Assembly: GCA_965203055.1 (NCBI GenBank)
Contig: OZ241863.1
Span: forward strand, 320,001 to 384,000
Length of the DNA stretch: 64,000 bases
DNA from: Spirochaetia bacterium
GTDB lineage: Bacteria > Spirochaetota > Spirochaetia > SZUA-6 > Bin103
Direction: 5' to 3'
Shown here: piece by piece, positions 45,360 to 55,396 of the stretch
Layout of the letters: every line of letters starts with the position of its first letter
How positions within the stretch are numbered: the stretch's first letter is position 1
Notes under the pieces: model-generated
Told to the model about the DNA's origin: nothing
What the model saw: the letters and a program-made list of their open reading frames with translations, nothing else
The model's database searches: none
Position numbers and translations under genes: made by a program

Positions 45360-47342
45360 CTACTTGAAGTACAATCCTTCAGCGAAGTAGTTCAGATCAC
45401 CGAGCCAACCCATCCACGGCGGAAACTCCGTCGGTACGTTTCCGAGGCTATTCTTGGCGATCAGCGGCTGCGGCGCCATGCCGACGGTGCCGATTCCGAC
45501 CAGATACTTCGCATGCCAATCGTGAACCCGCTGCCGCAGCTCGTTATACTCTGCCGAACCCAGCATGTACTTCTGCGAGTCGCGGTCCCAGTCCTCGAGC
45601 TCCATCACCCAGTCGGGCGGTTCCTCGCCCGGAAGCTGCCCGCCTTCAAAATCGTCCAGGGTGGCGGTGCCGGCTTCAACGTCATATTTGGCGTTCAACC
45701 ACTTTCTCCATTCTCCGGCCCAGGAAATATCATTCTGCCGCTTGCTCACGCCGTAATATGGCTCGGTGAAGGCGAATATCTCGGTGGCGAAGTACAACGG
45801 GCTCACGATGATCCCGTGCTCGGGCAGCGCCCGGCGCTGACTGAACAGCGCGTTCTCCTGGAACTTGATGGTAACTTCAAGGTCCAGCGCCTTCCAGTAC
45901 TCTTCCACCAGCTCAAACAGCTTGGCTGAAATAGTGCCGCCGACTCGCACGCTGGTTTCGATCAGCAAGCTGACCGGTTTGCCGTCCGGGCGCAGGCGTA
46001 TGCCGTTCCTGTCGCGCTCGGCAAGACCCATCTCATCGAGGAGCGCGTTCGCCCTGTCCGGATCGTACTCAGCAAACGCCTCGCCCCATTCCGGCTTGTA
46101 GTAACTGACCGTAGGCAGGACCGTCGCCTGCCGGGGGACCGCCCGACCGGAATAGACCACTTCGTTGATCTCCTCGCGGTTTATGGCGAGAGACAGCGCC
46201 TGACGAAATCTGACGTCGTTATTTATCGCCCGCTCAACCGGATCGGAGTGATTCATGTTGATTCCGAAGTTCGCCTCGGTGCCGTGAAATCCGGGAAGCA
46301 GAATGACGCGGTAGTCTCCCTGCCGCTCGTTCTCCTTGTAGAGGGTAAAGTTGTCAAAGGAAGTATTCATCCAGGCAAAGTCGGCCTCGCCAGTCACGAT
46401 CTTGATGTCATACAGTTCCTTGTCGATGATATTGTTGTTGATCCGATCGATGTATGGAAGTTGGTTGCCTTCGGCGTCTACCTTCCAATAGTATGGATTC
46501 CGTTCGAAAATCTTGACGGTGGTATCCATCTTGACAAACATCCAGGGCTGGAGGGTCGGCTTCTCGACATCGCTCATCGGTGCCCACCAGTAGTGACTGT
46601 GCATCAATTTGGACCAGTCTTCGAATCCGGCTTCCTTGGCCAAGGCATTGGCATCGGGGTTGTACTTGATGTGATACTTTTCGAGAAAATGCTTCGGGTG
46701 ATAGCCTTGCCATTCACTGGAGAACCACTGGCCCATCTCATAGTACATGACCGGAGAGGGTTCGTCCGCCTCATAGACAACGGTATGGTCGTCCAGCTTT
46801 CTTATTCGTTTCACGTAGTTGGAACCACCCCAGGTCGTGACGTTCTCATCCCAATGCATGTCTTCATACATGAACAGGATGTCGTCCGCGCTGAACGGGG
46901 CGCCGTCGGACCATTTTGTGCCTCGGCGAAGCGTCACGGTGATACTTGTCATGTCGGAGCTAAAGTCCACTGACCGAGCCAGGTTACCCACTATGGTCCT
47001 GTTGTCGTCGGCAAAGTTACCCAGGTAGCCGCCGCGCTCCGGCTCATCGCCGAGGTCGTGCCAGGGATTCGCATCCATGGAAAAGGAGTTCAGCGTACCG
47101 CCGTACTTTCCGACGCCCTCGAGCGGCTTGAGGACGGCGGGTACTTCCGGAAGCCGTTCGTCAACTGGCGGAAGTTCGCCCCTGGCCACCAGTTCGGCCA
47201 GCATCGGAGCCTCCTGGTATATCGAATCCGACACCATCGTCGTTGAGGCGGCAGTGTCCTCCTCGTCGGTGGTGCCGCCGGCAATGGCGGGCGCCGCGGC
47301 GAAGCAAGTCAGGATACCGGCGAGGAGTGTGATCCGTTTCAT
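45360..47342 (-). CDS. Peptide/oligosaccharide ABC solute-binding protein (family 5)
   Basis: MKRITLLAGILTC signal peptide; EAPMLAELVARGELPPVDERLP, GKYGG, KWSDGAPFSADD, RNPYYWKVD..GNQLPYID. Confidence 0.9.
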   Translation of the reverse strand: MKRITLLAGILTCFAAAPAIAGGTTDEEDTAASTTMVSDSIYQEAPMLAELVARGELPPVDERLPEVPAVLKPLEGVGKYGGTLNSFSMDANPWHDLGDEPERGGYLGNFADDNRTIVGNLARSVDFSSDMTSITVTLRRGTKWSDGAPFSADDILFMYEDMHWDENVTTWGGSNYVKRIRKLDDHTVVYEADEPSPVMYYEMGQWFSSEWQGYHPKHFLEKYHIKYNPDANALAKEAGFEDWSKLMHSHYWWAPMSDVEKPTLQPWMFVKMDTTVKIFERNPYYWKVDAEGNQLPYIDRINNNIIDKELYDIKIVTGEADFAWMNTSFDNFTLYKENERQGDYRVILLPGFHGTEANFGINMNHSDPVERAINNDVRFRQALSLAINREEINEVVYSGRAVPRQATVLPTVSYYKPEWGEAFAEYDPDRANALLDEMGLAERDRNGIRLRPDGKPVSLLIETSVRVGGTISAKLFELVEEYWKALDLEVTIKFQENALFSQRRALPEHGIIVSPLYFATEIFAFTEPYYGVSKRQNDISWAGEWRKWLNAKYDVEAGTATLDDFEGGQLPGEEPPDWVMELEDWDRDSQKYMLGSAEYNELRQRVHDWHAKYLVGIGTVGMAPQPLIAKNSLGNVPTEFPPWMGWLGDLNYFAEGLYFK

Positions 47343-47387
47343 GGTGGCTCCCTGGTTCGAGCGAGTGCGCTCGTGTGGCTGCCAAGA

Positions 47388-47416
47388 ATCGTAGCCTGAG
47401 GACTCCCGTCTGTCAA
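47388..47416 (-). promoter_or_regulatory. Sigma70-type promoter of the peptide ABC operon
   Basis: Minus strand TTGACA (47416-47411)-17 bp-TACGAT (47393-47388). Confidence 0.6.
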
Positions 47417-47507
47417 CGCAGATCAACGCACGCACGCGGGTCGGTCGGTCGCGCCCCGGTAGGCAGCGACGGCCCCGGCTGCCATTATGGTCCTGAGATT
47501 CCCTGAG

Positions 47508-48815
47508 ATGATGATTCTCGACTGGACCAAGGCCGCGGACCGGGACCGCCTGCAGCAGGTGATCGATCGCTATGCGGCGCGTTCGTGGGCGGGCGGCGAG
47601 CCGGCGGCCGCAATGGCGCGGTTCCTGGACGACCTGCGGCAGCGCGGCGACGGCGCCGTGGTCGACTACCTGCGGCGGCACACCCGCGCCGACTACTCCG
47701 CGCAGGCCATTCGGGTGGCTCCCGACACCATCGCCGCCGCCGGCGCGGCCCTCGACCCGGCGGTAGCGGCCGCCCTCCGCCGCGCCGCGGACAACGTGCG
47801 CGCCTATCAGACCCACGTCATGCCGGTCGACCCGCCGCCGTTGCACCGGCATGGCGCCGAGCTGGGGCTCCGTCACACGCCGGTACCCAGCGCCGGGCTG
47901 TCGGTGCCGGGCGGCGCCGGCGCCTATCCCTCCACCCTGCTGATGCTGGCGGTCCCGGCCCAGGTCGCCGGCGTGCCGCGGCTGGCGGTCGCCACGCCGC
48001 CGCGCGCCGCCGGCGCCGAGGTCGAGATCGATGCCACGGTGCTGGGGCTGTGTCACCTGCTCGGTATCGACACGGTATACCGCATTGGCGGGTTCGCCTT
48101 GGCGGCGCTGGCGGTCGGCACCGAGCGGATCGCCCCGGTGGAGATGCTCGCCGGACCGAGCAACATCTATGGCCAGGAGGCGAAGCGGCAGCTCTTCGGC
48201 CTGGTGGGAGTGGACGGCCTCTACGGGCCGAGTGAGATCGTCGTGCTGGCGGATGACTCGGCACACCCCGCCTGGGTCGCCGCCGACCTGTTGGCGCAGG
48301 CCGAGCATGACCCCGGCACCGCCATCCTGGTGGCGGTCGAGCGGGGCGTGGTGGAGACGGTGGCCGCGGCGCTGCAGGAGCTGCTGGCCGGGCGCGCCCG
48401 GCGCGGCGCTCTGGAGCGGGCCTTGCGCGCGAGCTGCGCCCTGGTGCAGGTGCCGGACCGCGCCGCGGCCTGTGAACTGATCGACCGTATCGCCCCGGAG
48501 CACCTGACCCTGGCGGTGCGCGACCCGCAGGCGGCGCTGGCCCAGGTGCGCCACGCCGGCGCCGTGTTCCTGGGCGACCGTTCCCCGGTGGCCGGCGGCG
48601 ACTACTGGGCCGGCCCCAGCCACTGTCTGCCCACCGGCGCCACGGCGCGCTTCAGCTCCGGCTGCAGCGTGTATACCTTCCTCAAGCGCACCAGCGTGGA
48701 GGCATATCCGCACGGGCTGCCGCGGCAGGCGTTCGACGACATCGAACTGCTGGCGGAGTTGGAGGGGTTCGAGGCCCACCGCCACAGCGTGCGCCTGCGG
48801 CGCCCCGCGGACTAG
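47508..48815 (+). CDS. hisD: Histidinol dehydrogenase (divergent)
   Basis: VPGG..AYPST, GPSE, DLLAQAEHD, APEHL, GDYWAGPSHCLPT, EGFEAH. Confidence 0.82.
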   Translation: MMILDWTKAADRDRLQQVIDRYAARSWAGGEPAAAMARFLDDLRQRGDGAVVDYLRRHTRADYSAQAIRVAPDTIAAAGAALDPAVAAALRRAADNVRAYQTHVMPVDPPPLHRHGAELGLRHTPVPSAGLSVPGGAGAYPSTLLMLAVPAQVAGVPRLAVATPPRAAGAEVEIDATVLGLCHLLGIDTVYRIGGFALAALAVGTERIAPVEMLAGPSNIYGQEAKRQLFGLVGVDGLYGPSEIVVLADDSAHPAWVAADLLAQAEHDPGTAILVAVERGVVETVAAALQELLAGRARRGALERALRASCALVQVPDRAAACELIDRIAPEHLTLAVRDPQAALAQVRHAGAVFLGDRSPVAGGDYWAGPSHCLPTGATARFSSGCSVYTFLKRTSVEAYPHGLPRQAFDDIELLAELEGFEAHRHSVRLRRPAD

Positions 48816-48848
48816 GCAGGACACCCGCCGGCGGCTGCGCGAGGTGGT

Positions 48849-48891
48849 GATTGTCGCCATCGCCAATGGCGATTATCATGTTAGTCGCCAT
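48849..48891. promoter_or_regulatory. Operator-like inverted plus direct repeat upstream of the AAA_14/DUF4143 gene
   Basis: GATTGTCGCCAT (48849-48860)-cgcca-ATGGCGATTATC (48866-48877), two mismatches; a further GTCGCCAT copy overlaps the ATG at 48890. Confidence 0.55.
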
Positions 48892-50077
48892 GTCAACGGG
48901 CGCCGGTCTGATCCCACGCTGCCTGCAACTGGAGCGGCTCCTCGCGCGCCGGTCGGTATTTCTGTTCGGGCCGCGCCAGACCGGCAAGACCACCTACGTC
49001 CGCACGCAGCTCGCTGACCGCGTCGCGCTGACGTTTACCCTGCTCGACCGGGGGCTGCTGACCTCGGTGCTGGCCGACCCGTCGCGCATCCGCCGCGAAG
49101 TGGAGGCCCGGGGCCTGCGCGATACGGTGGTCTGCATCGACGAGATCCAGAAGTGCCCGGAGCTGATGGACGAAGTGCAGCTCATGATCGAAACGCGCGG
49201 CATTCGGTTCCTGCTTACCGGCTCCAGCGCGCGGGCGCTGCGCAGCAAAGGCGTCAACCTGCTCGGCGGGCGCGGCAGCGACCGGGTGATGCGCCCGTTC
49301 TCCTGGTGTGAGCTGCAGGACACCGGCTTCTCCCTGACGCGCGCGATCAACCATGGTCTGCTGCCGCCGCACTATCTGTCCGACGATCCCGACGAGGAGC
49401 TGTCATCCTACGTCGACCGCTACCTGACCGAGGAAATCGCGGCGGAGGGCTGGGCGCGCAACCTGCCCGGCTTCGCCCGCTTTCTGGAGACCGCCGCCGC
49501 CACCAACGCCCGGCTTCTGAACTACTCCAACGTGGCGCGGGACGCGCAGGTGCCGCGCCAGACCGTGGTGCAGTGGTACAAGATACTGACCGACACGCTC
49601 ATCGCCGCGGAACTGCCTCCCTATACGCGCACCGTCAAGCGCAAGGCAATCGAGACCGCCAAGTTCTACTTCTTCGATACCGGCGTGGTGCGGGCGCTGC
49701 GGCGGCTGCCGCCGGTAGACGAGGCGTCGGCGGACTTCGGCGAGTTCTTCGAGCACTACGTGTTCCACGAGCTGCGCACCTGGATCGACTATCGGCGCCC
49801 GCGGACGCGGCTCGCCTACTGGCGGTCGCGGTCCGGGTACGAAGTCGACTTCATCCTGGATGGCCGCGTGGCGATCGAGACCAAGGCCGCCCGGCGTGTC
49901 CACGACAAACACCTGCGCGGCCTGCGCGCGCTGGCGGAGGAGGGGTTGGTCGAGCGCTCCATCCTGGTCTGCCGCGAGGAGCGGCCGCGCCTGGAGCCCG
50001 GCGTCGCGCACGGCACCGAGATCTGGCCGCTCCGGTTCTTCCTCGCCGCGCTCTGGCGCGACGAGCTCCTGGTTTAG
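48890..50077 (+). CDS. AAA_14 ATPase + DUF4143 (C-terminal PD-(D/E)XK-like) protein
   Basis: LFGPRQTGKT, IDEIQK, LTGSSAR, KFYFFDTG, YWR...EVDF...IETK. Confidence 0.9.
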   Translation: MSTGAGLIPRCLQLERLLARRSVFLFGPRQTGKTTYVRTQLADRVALTFTLLDRGLLTSVLADPSRIRREVEARGLRDTVVCIDEIQKCPELMDEVQLMIETRGIRFLLTGSSARALRSKGVNLLGGRGSDRVMRPFSWCELQDTGFSLTRAINHGLLPPHYLSDDPDEELSSYVDRYLTEEIAAEGWARNLPGFARFLETAAATNARLLNYSNVARDAQVPRQTVVQWYKILTDTLIAAELPPYTRTVKRKAIETAKFYFFDTGVVRALRRLPPVDEASADFGEFFEHYVFHELRTWIDYRRPRTRLAYWRSRSGYEVDFILDGRVAIETKAARRVHDKHLRGLRALAEEGLVERSILVCREERPRLEPGVAHGTEIWPLRFFLAALWRDELLV

Positions 50078-50078
50078 T

Positions 50079-50813
50079 CTAGTCCGCCGCGGCCACCAGG
50101 ATCTTGGCGGCGGCGCCGGCTCCCAGGGTAAGGGCGCCGCGTCCCACTACGGTGACCGCCATCGCGTCGGCTTGCGGGTCGCGGCGCTCCACCACCAGTT
50201 CGGCGCCGGGTACCAGCCCGGAGCGCTCGGCGAATTGCAGGAACCCGGCGTCCTGGTCGATCACCCGGGCGACGCGCAGGCGCTCGCCGCTCCCCCGCTG
50301 CGCCAGCGGCTCGAAGCGGGTGTCGTCGATCTCGCCGCGGTTGGTGGGAATCGGGTCGCCGTGCGGGTCCACCCGCGGCCGGCCGATCAGCTCGTCGATC
50401 TTCTCCAGCACCTTGTCGCTGATGGCGTGCTCCAGCAGCTCCGCCTCGGTGTGCACCTCGGACCAGTCGAGCTTGAGCACCTCGACCAGGAACGCCTCCA
50501 CCAGCCGATGGCGCCGCAGCACGTTGAGGGCGAGTTGCTCCCCGGCGGCGGTGAGGCGGCTGCCGCCGCGCGGCTCGTAGTCGATCAGCCCGGAGCGGGC
50601 GAGGCTCTTGACCATGGAGGTCGCGGTGCCGGGCGACACCCCGACGCCCTCCGCCAGCCGCTTCATGGGCACCCGCTCGCGCGAGTCCTTCTGCGCCTCC
50701 AGGTAGATCTGCTTGATGTAATTCTCGACCGTGCTGCTGTGAGCGGAAACCGACGCGGCCCTGATGGATGAGACTCCGGGGCCAACATTGTGCCGCTGCG
50801 GCGGGGCTGTCAA
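50079..50813 (-). CDS. DtxR/MntR metal-dependent transcriptional regulator with FeoA domain (start uncertain)
   Basis: ENYIKQIY, RRHRLVEAFL, EAELLEHAIS, DPHGDPIP, C-terminal FeoA-like domain. Confidence 0.9.
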   Translation of the reverse strand: MTAPPQRHNVGPGVSSIRAASVSAHSSTVENYIKQIYLEAQKDSRERVPMKRLAEGVGVSPGTATSMVKSLARSGLIDYEPRGGSRLTAAGEQLALNVLRRHRLVEAFLVEVLKLDWSEVHTEAELLEHAISDKVLEKIDELIGRPRVDPHGDPIPTNRGEIDDTRFEPLAQRGSGERLRVARVIDQDAGFLQFAERSGLVPGAELVVERRDPQADAMAVTVVGRGALTLGAGAAAKILVAAAD

Positions 50814-50936
50814 GGCGCCGCCGGGCGGCTTTGGGCGGCTTCAATCCGGGAAGGCCCCCTCTCCCACGCCGTGGCGCGAGTGCCAAGGCACGGGCAAGGA
50901 GGCTTTCCCGGACGGCTGCGGCAGCGGCAGGATGCG

Positions 50937-52523
50937 CTACTGCACCGCCTCGTTGGACAGATCGACCAACTGGCCGTAGCGCAGCGAGTCGAGCCCATCC
51001 ACGAAGCTGTCCCACTCATCCAGCGGCTTGGTGCCGTTGATGAACTTGATGTAGTTCTCGAGGATGTAGGTCTGGACGTTGTTCTTGATGTCGGCCGCCA
51101 GGCCGGACTGATCGCCGTACTTCGGCGTGGGCGGGAAGTAGGTTTCGATCCCGGTCGCTTCCACCGCGGCGATGTAGTCGAGCAGCGGGCGCAGCTCGGC
51201 GTTGGTATAGAACCGGGTCTCAAGCTGCGTTTGATCGGTTCGCAGGCGGAAGAACTCCTCGTAGCCGATGCCGCTCTCGTTCCTCATCCAGTCCAGGATG
51301 CCGCCGCCGTACATGTCGAGATGTTCGTTGTTGTTGATCTCGTGGCGGGTAAAGGGGAAGGCGAACGTGCCATCGTCGCGCACCACGTAGTGCAGCCCCT
51401 CCACCGGTCCCAGCCGCCAGCGCGGCTCCTTGTCGATGTCGTACATGTCGTTGAACAGCACGAAGATGTTGTCGATCGCCTCGGACGAGGCGGCGACGAA
51501 CGTGTTGCGGCTGCTGCGGAACGGATTGAAGACCGCGCGCAACGGAGCCTGCACTCCCTGGTAGGTGGGGCGCGGGATGATCGTGAACCCGAACGAGGGA
51601 TCGATCTGCTGCACCGTCTGGGTGTCGACGATCAGCCGCCCGGAATGCTCGAACTCCACCACCAGGTCGCCGGCCATCAGCATCCCTTCCCAGACACGGT
51701 CCGGCTGCGCGGCGAACTCAGGATGAATGATCCCCAATTCATACCAGCGCGCCATCAGCTCCACCGCCTCGCGGGTCAGCTCGGCGCGCGTCGCATACTG
51801 GTTTTCGAACTGCTCGGTGGCCGGGTTCCACCACGGCACGTCCTGCACCGAGGTTCCCATGATCCGCGGCAGCAGGTCGAACGCGGTCGAGCCGGTGGCC
51901 ATGTCGCGCATGCTGAGGATCGGCTTGCCGTGGTTCTCCAGGATGTCGAGAAACGCCCGTTCCAGATCGGCCACGGTCCTGATCTCCTCCGGCTCCATGG
52001 CGGTAAGCAGATCCTCGCGGAACAGGATGGCCCGTCCGGACCGGAACACGCCCTCCTCCCAGGTGTTGACCGCGGGAAAGTTGTACAGCTCCCCGTCGTC
52101 GGCGGTTACCTCGCCCAACAGCTCCCAGCCGTACTTGTCCACGTACCTCTTGAGATTGGGCACCTGGTCCAGATTCTCGCCGATGTTGACGAACGGCCCA
52201 CTCGGGGCGACCAGGTTCAACTGCCGGAACGCACTGCCGTGAGAAATCATGTCGGGCAGATCGCGGGACGCGATGAGCACGTTGATCTTGTCCACCGCCA
52301 CGTCATTGCTCAACGCGATCGGATTGACTTTCAGGTTGGCGACCTCGGCTACCAGCTCCCACAGATCGAGCTCGGGATTGTCGTAGCTGAACGCGGTCGA
52401 GTGGATTACCCAGTCAACCTCCCGGGCTTCTCCGGCGTCGGCCATTTCGGCCTCCCCGGTTGCGAACAGCGGTCCGCCACTGGCCATCAGTAGCAGTGTC
52501 GGTAACAGATACTTCACCTTCAT
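50937..52523 (-). CDS. Carbohydrate ABC solute-binding protein
   Basis: GAGGAGG RBS; MKVKYLLPTLLLMASGGPLFATG; KINVLIASRDLPD, KFINGTKPLDEWDSFV. Confidence 0.88.
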   Translation of the reverse strand: MKVKYLLPTLLLMASGGPLFATGEAEMADAGEAREVDWVIHSTAFSYDNPELDLWELVAEVANLKVNPIALSNDVAVDKINVLIASRDLPDMISHGSAFRQLNLVAPSGPFVNIGENLDQVPNLKRYVDKYGWELLGEVTADDGELYNFPAVNTWEEGVFRSGRAILFREDLLTAMEPEEIRTVADLERAFLDILENHGKPILSMRDMATGSTAFDLLPRIMGTSVQDVPWWNPATEQFENQYATRAELTREAVELMARWYELGIIHPEFAAQPDRVWEGMLMAGDLVVEFEHSGRLIVDTQTVQQIDPSFGFTIIPRPTYQGVQAPLRAVFNPFRSSRNTFVAASSEAIDNIFVLFNDMYDIDKEPRWRLGPVEGLHYVVRDDGTFAFPFTRHEINNNEHLDMYGGGILDWMRNESGIGYEEFFRLRTDQTQLETRFYTNAELRPLLDYIAAVEATGIETYFPPTPKYGDQSGLAADIKNNVQTYILENYIKFINGTKPLDEWDSFVDGLDSLRYGQLVDLSNEAVQ

Positions 52524-52576
52524 GGTTACCTCCTCAAGGTGATAATGGTTGCATTCGATGGTCATGTAAGGTGCCC

Positions 52577-53461
52577 TCAGCCCTTGATGCTGCCGATGAG
52601 CACGCCCCGGATGAAGTATTTTTGCAGAAACGGGTAGATCAGGATTATCGGTCCGATGCTGACCAGGATCGCCGCCATCTTCAGCTTCTCCACCAGTCCG
52701 GTCTGAATGAGGGCGGAGCCGGAGACGTCGACGCTGGCGCCGCCGCGCTGCACCTGTTCGACGATCAGCTTGCGCAGCACGAGCTGCAGCGGGTACTTGC
52801 GGTCGTCGACGAGGTAGAGCAGGGGGGCGAAGAAGCTGTTCCACTGCCGCACTACGATCCACAGCGACAGCGTGGCGATGATCGCCTTGGACAGCGGCAG
52901 GTAGATGCGCCACATGATGGTGAAGTGGTTGGCGCCGTCCATCGACGCCGACTCGCGCAGGCTCGCGGGAAGAGTCTGGAAGTTGGTGCGCAGAATGACT
53001 ACGTGGAACAGGGTCACCGCGCTCGGCAGCACCAGCGCCCATACCGTGTTCATCAGGCCGTAGGTCTGGATCGTCAACACCGTCGGTATCAGGCCGCCCT
53101 CGAAGAAGATGGGAATGACCAGCAGCACCGTGAACAGGCCGCGCCCGCGCAGGTTGTCGATCGACAGGCCGTACGCGATGTTGGCGGTGAGGAAGATGCC
53201 GACGAGCCAGGCCGCCAGGCAGTAGTAGATGGTGTTGAGGTAGGAACGCAGGATGGTGTCGTCGTTCAGGACGATCTGAAAGCCTCGCAGGTCGATCGGC
53301 GCTATCGGCAGCAGCCACACTTCGTTGCGCATCACGCTGTGCGGCTCACTCAGGGAGACCGCAATGACGTACACGAACGGGTACACGAACGCGATGGTGA
53401 GCAGCACCATGCAGCCGTGGTTGAACAGATCGAAGGCGCTCGCCGCGGCGCCGCGTCTCAC
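52577..53461 (-). CDS. Carbohydrate ABC permease (LplC-like)
   Basis: GGLIPT, SLRESASMDGA, PLSKAIIAT, YPFLQKYF..GSIKG; GTG overlaps the upstream stop. Confidence 0.9.
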   Translation of the reverse strand: MRRGAAASAFDLFNHGCMVLLTIAFVYPFVYVIAVSLSEPHSVMRNEVWLLPIAPIDLRGFQIVLNDDTILRSYLNTIYYCLAAWLVGIFLTANIAYGLSIDNLRGRGLFTVLLVIPIFFEGGLIPTVLTIQTYGLMNTVWALVLPSAVTLFHVVILRTNFQTLPASLRESASMDGANHFTIMWRIYLPLSKAIIATLSLWIVVRQWNSFFAPLLYLVDDRKYPLQLVLRKLIVEQVQRGGASVDVSGSALIQTGLVEKLKMAAILVSIGPIILIYPFLQKYFIRGVLIGSIKG

Positions 53462-54438
53462 CAAAGACTGTACTCCGTGAGCTTGCGCGACAGGCGGTTG
53501 GCGCCAATCAGCAGGAAGAAGGACAGCACGGCGTTGAACAGCCCCACCGCGGTGGCGTAACTGTAGTTGAGGTTCTCGATGCCGCGGCGGTAGACGTAGG
53601 TCGCGACCACGTCCGCCACCTCGTAGGTGGACGGATTGTACATCAGAAAGATCTTCTCGAAGCCGAGCTCGAGCAGATCGCCGACGCGAAGGATGAACAG
53701 GATCATGATGGTCGGCAGGATGCCGGGTATGGTCACGTAGATCGCCTTCTGCAGGCGGGAAGCCCCGTCGATGGTGGCGGCCTCGTAGAGTTCCGGGTTG
53801 ATGCCCGCTATCGCGGCCAGATAGACGATCGAACCCCAGCCGACTCCCTGCCAGATATCGGAACCTACGTAGAGTGGGCGGAACGCCTCCGGCAGTGAGA
53901 AGAACGGCAGCGCTTCGCCGCCGAAGTCGATGATGAACTTGTTCACCACTCCGGAAAAGGAGAACATCTTCATCATGATGCCGACGATCACTACCGTCGA
54001 GACGAAGTGCGGCAGGTAGCTGATGGTCTGGGTGACCTTCTTGAACGGACCGACGCCCAGTTCGTTGAGCAGCAGGGCGAACAGGATGGGGGCCGGGAAC
54101 GCGAACACCAGCAGCAACAGGTTGAGCACCAGCATGTTGCGCATGATGCGCACGAAGTAGGGCCCGGTTACGAACAGTTCGAAATGGGTAAGGCCCACGA
54201 AGGGGCTGTTCAGGAAGCCGAGCCAGGGGTTGTAGTCCTGCAAGGCGATGATGACGCCGAACATCGGCACGTACTTGAACGCCAAGTAGATCAGCAGCGG
54301 CACCAGAATCATGACGTAGGCGCTGCGATTCTGGCGCAGGTAGTGGTGGCGCAGCTTGCCGCCTCGGGCCGCTGCGGCAGCCGCGGGGGAGGCTGCCACG
54401 ACGCTTCCGGCACCTGGTTGGCTGCGGTGATCGCCCAC
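53458..54438 (-). CDS. Carbohydrate ABC permease (LplB-like)
   Basis: FKYVPMFG, QTISYLPHFVS, ELYEAATIDGA; upstream TTGACC-17-GATACT at 54476-54448. Confidence 0.9.
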   Translation of the reverse strand: MGDHRSQPGAGSVVAASPAAAAAARGGKLRHHYLRQNRSAYVMILVPLLIYLAFKYVPMFGVIIALQDYNPWLGFLNSPFVGLTHFELFVTGPYFVRIMRNMLVLNLLLLVFAFPAPILFALLLNELGVGPFKKVTQTISYLPHFVSTVVIVGIMMKMFSFSGVVNKFIIDFGGEALPFFSLPEAFRPLYVGSDIWQGVGWGSIVYLAAIAGINPELYEAATIDGASRLQKAIYVTIPGILPTIMILFILRVGDLLELGFEKIFLMYNPSTYEVADVVATYVYRRGIENLNYSYATAVGLFNAVLSFFLLIGANRLSRKLTEYSLW

Positions 54439-54508
54439 GGCGCACCGAGTATCCGCGCGCGCCCGGCGCCGGTCAAGCGAGACGCCGCGGACCGGGCGCG
54501 GCGCGCGG

Positions 54509-55396
54509 TCAGATCACGTTCTGGGCGGCGGTGAACAACGGCTGCATGCGTTGCCGATGCGCGGCTGCGGCGGCCGCCGCAGCGTGGTCGTCGTCGGCGG
54601 CGCCGGTGAAGCGCGCCGCGGCGTCGAGGATGCGCGGCAGCAGGGTCATGTCGCCGGCCGTGTTCAGGAACACCCCCGGGTGCGCCAGGACCCAATGCAC
54701 CGCGGCGTCGATGTCCGGCTGGCGGGCCAACGGTTCGTACCAGGTCGGGTGCGGGCGCGCGCTGCCGGTCCAGCGGCGGCGCGCGACGGCCTTGATGGTC
54801 TGCACCGCCACCCCGCGCTGCCGGCACAGCTCATGCAGCTCGGTGAAGTCGGCGGCGTATTCCGGAAGCTGAAACATGGGGTAGTTGAGGGGCAGCAGAA
54901 CCGCATCGAAGGGATGGCGCTGCAGCGCGTCGCGGTGCATCCGCGCCACCGTGACGCCGTGCCCGGTCACGCCGATGTAGCGCGCCAGCCCCTCCTCGCG
55001 CGCCCGGATCAGCGCCTCGAGCGCGCCGCCGGGGCCCAGCGCCTGGCGCCACTCCTCCGGTTCGGTGAGGCTGTGCAGCTGGATGAGGTCCACCTGGTCC
55101 ACCTGCAGGCGCCGCAGTGAGCGTTCCAACTGGTCGCGCGCCCCCGCGGCGCTGCGCTCGCCGGTTTTGGTGGCCAGGAAGAAGCGCCGGCGGTGGCGCC
55201 GCATCCACGGGCCGATGCGCAGTTCGGAGTCGCCGTAGCCGGCCGCGGTATCGATATGGTTGACGCCGTACTGCAGGAGCACCTCCAGCGTGCGGTCGGC
55301 TTCCTCCTGGGAAGCGCGCGCCAAGGCGGTGCCGCCGAAGATGCAGCGCGTGCTGCGCCGGCCGGTGCTGCCGAACGGAGTGGTGGAGATCGTCAT
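54509..55396 (-). CDS. Aldo/keto reductase
   Basis: [40 protein letters not shown]. Confidence 0.88.
   Translation of the reverse strand: MTISTTPFGSTGRRSTRCIFGGTALARASQEEADRTLEVLLQYGVNHIDTAAGYGDSELRIGPWMRRHRRRFFLATKTGERSAAGARDQLERSLRRLQVDQVDLIQLHSLTEPEEWRQALGPGGALEALIRAREEGLARYIGVTGHGVTVARMHRDALQRHPFDAVLLPLNYPMFQLPEYAADFTELHELCRQRGVAVQTIKAVARRRWTGSARPHPTWYEPLARQPDIDAAVHWVLAHPGVFLNTAGDMTLLPRILDAAARFTGAADDDHAAAAAAAAHRQRMQPLFTAAQNVI

Noticed and set aside
45360..48866. Apparent giant fusion ORFs in the track (45360-48866, 50937-53318, 52577-54445, 5867-7927, 11874-14510, 2834-4135)
   Set aside because: Their N-terminal extensions overlap other real genes in a different frame or strand; internal starts with an RBS, signal peptide or stop overlap explain the real proteins.
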